Shown in pieces: positions 59,985-64,000 of a stretch of DNA of 64,000 nt. Each line of letters begins with the position of its first letter. Positions within the stretch are counted from its first letter, which is position 1. The stretch spans positions 224,001 through 288,000 of the forward strand of contig CAWDRG010000017.1 of NCBI GenBank assembly GCA_963804645.1, in the 5' to 3' direction. Under the pieces are notes generated by a model that was not told the origin of the DNA, did no database searches, and worked only from the letters and a program-made list of their open reading frames with translations. This DNA is from an uncultured Bacillota bacterium. Lineage in GTDB: Bacteria; Sysuimicrobiota; Sysuimicrobiia; Sysuimicrobiales; Segetimicrobiaceae. A program made the position numbers and the translations under genes.

Positions 59985-61649
59985 ATGCCGCGCCTCACCG
60001 GCAAGCGCGCGTTACTGGAACAACTCGTCGCGGACGGCTTTCGCTACCTCTTCGGCAACCCCGGCACCACCGAGCAGCCGTTCATGGACCTGCTCCAGGA
60101 CTATCCGCAGCTTGAGTTCATCCTCTGCCTGCACGAGGGCGTCGCGATCAGCCTGGCCGACGCGTACGCGCGCGCGACGCGGACACCGGCGTTCGTCGAG
60201 CTCCACATCGCCCCCGGGCTCGGCAACGCCGTCGGCATGCTGTTCAACGCCAAGGCCGGGCAGTCGCCGCTCGTGGTGTACGTCGGCCAGAGCGCCAGCC
60301 GGGCCCTGTTCCAGGAGCCGCTGCTCTCCGGCGACCTCGTCGAGATCGCGACGCCGGTCGCCAAGTGGGCCTACGAGATCAACCACGCGGCGGACCTGCC
60401 GCAGGCGGTGCGGCGGGCGCTGAAAGTCGCCGATGAGGCGCCGCAGGGCCCCGTCGTGCTCTCGATTCCGATCGACGTGATGGACCAGGAGGCGGACGTC
60501 GCGATCCAGCCCTCCAGCTACACGCGTTGGCGCGCGCATCCAGACCCGGCGGCGATGGACCAGGCCGCCGACCTGCTCGCCGGAAGCAGCCGGCCGATGA
60601 TCCTCACCGGCGACGGCGTGGCCCTGTCGGACGGACAGGACCAGGTGACCCGGCTCGCGGAACTCCTCGGCGCCCCGATTTATCAAGGGTATACGACCGA
60701 GGTCAACGTCGACGCCGCGCATCCGCTCGTCGTCGGGACCCTCCCGTTCACCAACGCCGCGGCGCCGGAGTCCACCGGCCGGATCCTGGCCGACCACGAT
60801 GTCGTGCTGGCGCTCGGCGTGCCGCTGTTCCGCTTCATCTTCCCGCGGCACGGCGGGCTGGCGCCGTCGGACACCAAGATCATTCAGATCGACCTGAACG
60901 GCTGGGAGATCAGCAAGAGCCTGCCGGCGGCGCTCGGCATCAAAGCGGACTGCGGAGCCGCGCTGCACGCGCTGCTGGAACGGCTGCAGTCGCGCGCGCC
61001 GTCGGGTGCGGCGGAGCGCGCCGCCGCCATCACCGCCGCCACCCGTCAGAAGCGTGAACAGGTCCTCGCCCACGACCGCAAGACGTGGGACAGCTCCCCC
61101 ATCTCCGTCGCGCGCCTCATGAGCGAGATCGCGGATGTCCTGCCTCCCGATGCCGCCGTGTTCGACGAGGCGATTACCTCGAGCGGCGTGCTGCAGCGGT
61201 ACGTCATCCCCCGCCCCGGCCGGTATTTCCGGGCGCGCGGCGGCGGACTCGGACCGGGCCTGCCGGGCGCCCTCGGGTTGAAGCTCGCGATGCCCGACCG
61301 GCCGGTCGTCGGCGTGGTCGCGGACGGCTCCGCGATGTACAGCGTCAGCGCGTTCTGGACCGCGGCGCACCACCGCATTCCCGTCACCTGGGTCATCTGC
61401 AACAATTCGAGCTACCGGATCTTGAAAGAGAATCTCATCGACTATCTCGGACCGTCGCATGGGACGCGGAAGTTCGTCGCGATGGATCTGACCGACCCGC
61501 CGCTTCGATACGATCACATCGCGGAGTCCATGGGCGTGCGGGGCTGGCGTGTAGAGCGGCCGGACGACCTCCGCCCGGCGCTCGAGCAGGCCTTGGCGCT
61601 CGGCGCGCCGTCGGTGGTCGACGTGGCCATCCAGCGCGAGGTACGGTGA
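59985..61649 (+). CDS. TPP-dependent enzyme, benzoylformate decarboxylase-like
   Basis: FGNPGTTE, LHEGVA, LHIAPGLGNA and ADGSAMY..NNSSY motifs; AGGAGG RBS. Confidence 0.9.
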   Translation: MPRLTGKRALLEQLVADGFRYLFGNPGTTEQPFMDLLQDYPQLEFILCLHEGVAISLADAYARATRTPAFVELHIAPGLGNAVGMLFNAKAGQSPLVVYVGQSASRALFQEPLLSGDLVEIATPVAKWAYEINHAADLPQAVRRALKVADEAPQGPVVLSIPIDVMDQEADVAIQPSSYTRWRAHPDPAAMDQAADLLAGSSRPMILTGDGVALSDGQDQVTRLAELLGAPIYQGYTTEVNVDAAHPLVVGTLPFTNAAAPESTGRILADHDVVLALGVPLFRFIFPRHGGLAPSDTKIIQIDLNGWEISKSLPAALGIKADCGAALHALLERLQSRAPSGAAERAAAITAATRQKREQVLAHDRKTWDSSPISVARLMSEIADVLPPDAAVFDEAITSSGVLQRYVIPRPGRYFRARGGGLGPGLPGALGLKLAMPDRPVVGVVADGSAMYSVSAFWTAAHHRIPVTWVICNNSSYRILKENLIDYLGPSHGTRKFVAMDLTDPPLRYDHIAESMGVRGWRVERPDDLRPALEQALALGAPSVVDVAIQREVR

Positions 61650-61721
61650 CGTCGCGGGCGCGGACCCAGGCCCGGGGATAGACCCTCCGGTGCCCCGGGA
61701 GATCCCGGCGATCGCCGGGCG

Positions 61722-62993
61722 CTAGGCGTCCTCGACGTAGGCCACGGCATCCAGCGCCACAGAGCACCCGTCGGCCGGCAGCGGCGACGGGATGACCACG
61801 ATGCAGACGACCGGGGGCGCGCTCGGCACCGCCTTCCGGAGGGCCGCGTACACCGCCAGCGCGTCCACCGGCCGACTGACGAGCGCCCGCAGCCGCAGGA
61901 GATTGCCCAGGGCGGTGTGACCGTTCCGGCAGGTCACGCCGATCTTCTCGATGATGTTGTCGAGTTCGCGGGCCGCGCCGCCGCCCCGATGCGCGGGATC
62001 GGCGACCTGGCTCGAGATCCAGAGCAGCGGTCCCACGCGCATCCCCGCCGACTGATATCCGAAGCCGTCCCCGGGACCCGGCACGGCGACCCTGGCCGCC
62101 CCGCGGCCGGGCACGAGGCAGCGAAACTGCGCTTCCATGCGCAGCGCCCCCTGCTCGTGCCCGAACGCGCCCTCACGCCGGGGGTTGGCGAGCCCCCGGA
62201 TCGGGATCACCGTCCGCGTCGGCGCCGGCTCACCGAGCGCGCTGCGAAACACCAGGTCGAATTCGTAGAGGTCCCCGGGATCGGCCAGAAACAGCGTGTA
62301 GTCGACGATGTCGCCAAGCGCGGCGCCCGCGATCGCCAACCTCGCCTTCATCACTTCGACGCCGTATTCGGCCTCGCCACGGATCTCGCTGCCGCGCCAG
62401 TTCCAGTCCTCGGTCCGGACCGACGGGTGAATGCCCGTCTTGCTGTCCGTCGGATAGTACGTCGTAAACACGTACGGCCCCGCCGACACCATCTCCGGGA
62501 ACTGGCCCCCCGGCTTGCTGGGATCCCGGCCGGGGAACTCCTTGACGAATCCGGCGCGATCGGGCACGATGCCCAGCCCGGTGACGCTGACGACCGCCCC
62601 GCCGGGGAAATACTCACCCACCTGCGCGGTCGCCCCCACCGGACGCGACGTGTCCATGAACCCCGGCCCGAGCGCCTCGCGAAAATACCCGTCGGTGTGC
62701 GCTTTGAGTTTGACGTATTGCTCCAGCTGCACGAGATCGTGCAGCGACGACCCGATCTGGGGCAGCAGCGCGCGGTAGCGCTCGAAGATGAATCGCGTCT
62801 GCATCCTCGACTCCGCCGCCGCGGACCCTTCGTACGGCGGCCGCGGCCTCGCGGCCTCCGCCAGACCGCCGTGGTCGTCCATCGCGGTGCCGGCGAGAAA
62901 CACGTACCCGCCGCCCGCGGCGACCTGCGAGCAGTACACACCTCCGGCGTCGATGGGTCCGACCACGGTGCGACGACCCGACCGTGTGCTCAT
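61722..62993 (-). CDS. Protein of three tandem Rid/YjgF-like domains
   Basis: Three ~130-aa units: GGYVFLAG..GSSLHDLV, GPYVFTT..GAALGDIV..PTRT and GPLLWISSQ..HTALGNLL..LDAVA. Confidence 0.7.
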   Translation of the reverse strand: MSTRSGRRTVVGPIDAGGVYCSQVAAGGGYVFLAGTAMDDHGGLAEAARPRPPYEGSAAAESRMQTRFIFERYRALLPQIGSSLHDLVQLEQYVKLKAHTDGYFREALGPGFMDTSRPVGATAQVGEYFPGGAVVSVTGLGIVPDRAGFVKEFPGRDPSKPGGQFPEMVSAGPYVFTTYYPTDSKTGIHPSVRTEDWNWRGSEIRGEAEYGVEVMKARLAIAGAALGDIVDYTLFLADPGDLYEFDLVFRSALGEPAPTRTVIPIRGLANPRREGAFGHEQGALRMEAQFRCLVPGRGAARVAVPGPGDGFGYQSAGMRVGPLLWISSQVADPAHRGGGAARELDNIIEKIGVTCRNGHTALGNLLRLRALVSRPVDALAVYAALRKAVPSAPPVVCIVVIPSPLPADGCSVALDAVAYVEDA

Positions 62994-63097
62994 GTCACCA
63001 CACCTTTCACAGGGATCGCGCCGGCGCGTGCGGGCTGGACGTCGCGGCGGCGCCGCCGTCGGGTCTCAGGGCTCCACGGGCGCGGGGGCGGTGCCGC

Positions 63098-63673
63098 TCA
63101 CGCCTTCCGCGGCGCGCGGGGATCCGCGGCGAGATCTGCCACGCTGCGCGGCTCACGGTCAATGGGGGCGTCCAGCTGCTGCTCCGCCTCGGTGTAGCCG
63201 AACTGCGCGCCCGGAAAGCCAATGAGCCGCCACCCGAGCATCCCGCGGTTCCCGCCGTGGATCGGATCGCCGAACAACCCTTCGCGGAGATGCTGCCAGA
63301 CGATGGGAAAGAAGTCCGCGGCGTCCGTGTCCCGCAGTTCGTCCAGCTGCCCCCGCTCCAGCCTGCCGATGATGGCGTCCCGCGGCTCCGGCGCGAGATC
63401 GGCGAACCCCCGGCCGTGCTCGTGTGCGGCGACCGCGTCGAGCGCGGCGAGGGCCCGCCGGTAGACGGGAAGCAGGTCCCGGTACGGCCCCGAGAACGCC
63501 CGCGTCATGTAGTCCACGACACCGATCTCGACGGCTCCCGGGCCGAGGTCGTCTCGCGGAAACAGTCCGTCGACGAGCGCGGACAGCGCCGCCGTCTCCG
63601 GGCCCGTCAGCGGGTCCATCGAGTGCGCGGGGTCATGGGGCGCGGCCCCCCTCGGTCTGGACGTCTCGCTCAC
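63098..63673 (-). CDS. Gluconate 2-dehydrogenase subunit 3 family protein
   Basis: GPGAVEIGVVDY and EGLFGDPIHGGNRGMLGWRLIGFPG motifs. Confidence 0.9.
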   Translation of the reverse strand: MSETSRPRGAAPHDPAHSMDPLTGPETAALSALVDGLFPRDDLGPGAVEIGVVDYMTRAFSGPYRDLLPVYRRALAALDAVAAHEHGRGFADLAPEPRDAIIGRLERGQLDELRDTDAADFFPIVWQHLREGLFGDPIHGGNRGMLGWRLIGFPGAQFGYTEAEQQLDAPIDREPRSVADLAADPRAPRKA

Positions 63674-63760
63674 CGTCTCGCTCCTTCCACGTCAGGGCTC
63701 ATCGACCCGCGATGCTCGCGTGTCGCGGCATTCCCTCGCGCCCGAATGGGCGCGCCGCCG

Positions 63761-64000
63761 TCAGTGGCCGCCTCCCAGCTGTGCGCGGATGGCGTCCGGC
63801 GTGGTGCCGGCGATGTGCGCCGCCGTCCGCAGCGCGAGCGCCTGCAGCGTGAGCGTCGGGTTGAGGCCGCCGTGGGTCGGAAACGTGGCGCCGCCAAGGA
63901 CATAGACGTTCGGCACCTCGTGCAGCCGTCCCACGCCGTCGACAACCGAGTGATGGGGATCCGTCCCCATCCGGGCCCCGCCGACGTCGTGCACGCCCAT
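63761..64000 (-). CDS. GMC family oxidoreductase, C-terminal part (runs off the window)
   Basis: HDVGGARMG.DP..SVVD, NVYVLG..FP and NPTLTLQALA motifs. Confidence 0.9.
   Translation of the reverse strand: MGVHDVGGARMGTDPHHSVVDGVGRLHEVPNVYVLGGATFPTHGGLNPTLTLQALALRTAAHIAGTTPDAIRAQLGGGH

Overview
High-GC (roughly 70% by eye) bacterial chromosomal segment, probably from a long-read or metagenomic assembly: four otherwise intact genes carry single-base frameshifts. I found no rRNA, tRNA, CRISPR array, transposase or phage genes. From left to right it holds a Thermotoga-type inositol pair (iolN, start of iolM), the RNase P RNA gene rnpB, a Rid protein, an orphan fliG, a BaeSR-like two-component operon, RNase HI with a C4 zinc-ribbon gene, a Tat-exported NxxGxxAF-repeat protein, an amidohydrolase, a methyltransferase and a CDF transporter with three C-terminal domains. 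Next come an LPP20/FlgT-N/FlgO-like exported operon, a DUF47(PhoU-like)-winged-helix fusion followed by mgsA, a Pot-type ABC importer facing hydantoinase A/B and an M24 peptidase, and a LigD split into three genes. The right half holds VWA and M20 genes, an orphan peptide-binding protein, a form I aerobic CO dehydrogenase operon (coxMSLG plus xdhC-YHS), a GntR-controlled catabolic island, a triple-Rid protein and the end of a GMC oxidoreductase operon. The best candidates for new biology are: (1) a receiver-less PhoU-like/PhoB-type DNA-binding fusion, with 11-bp PHO-box-like repeats ahead of methylglyoxal synthase; (2) a near-consensus promoter driving an ~85-nt structured RNA with no downstream gene; (3) a FlgP/FlgT/FlgO-like operon outside any flagellar cluster; (4) a single-chain triple-Rid protein; and (5) a shared TGGATCC-N2-GGATCCA operator that defines an unknown catabolic regulon. 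All family calls come from motif recognition by eye; no database search was run.
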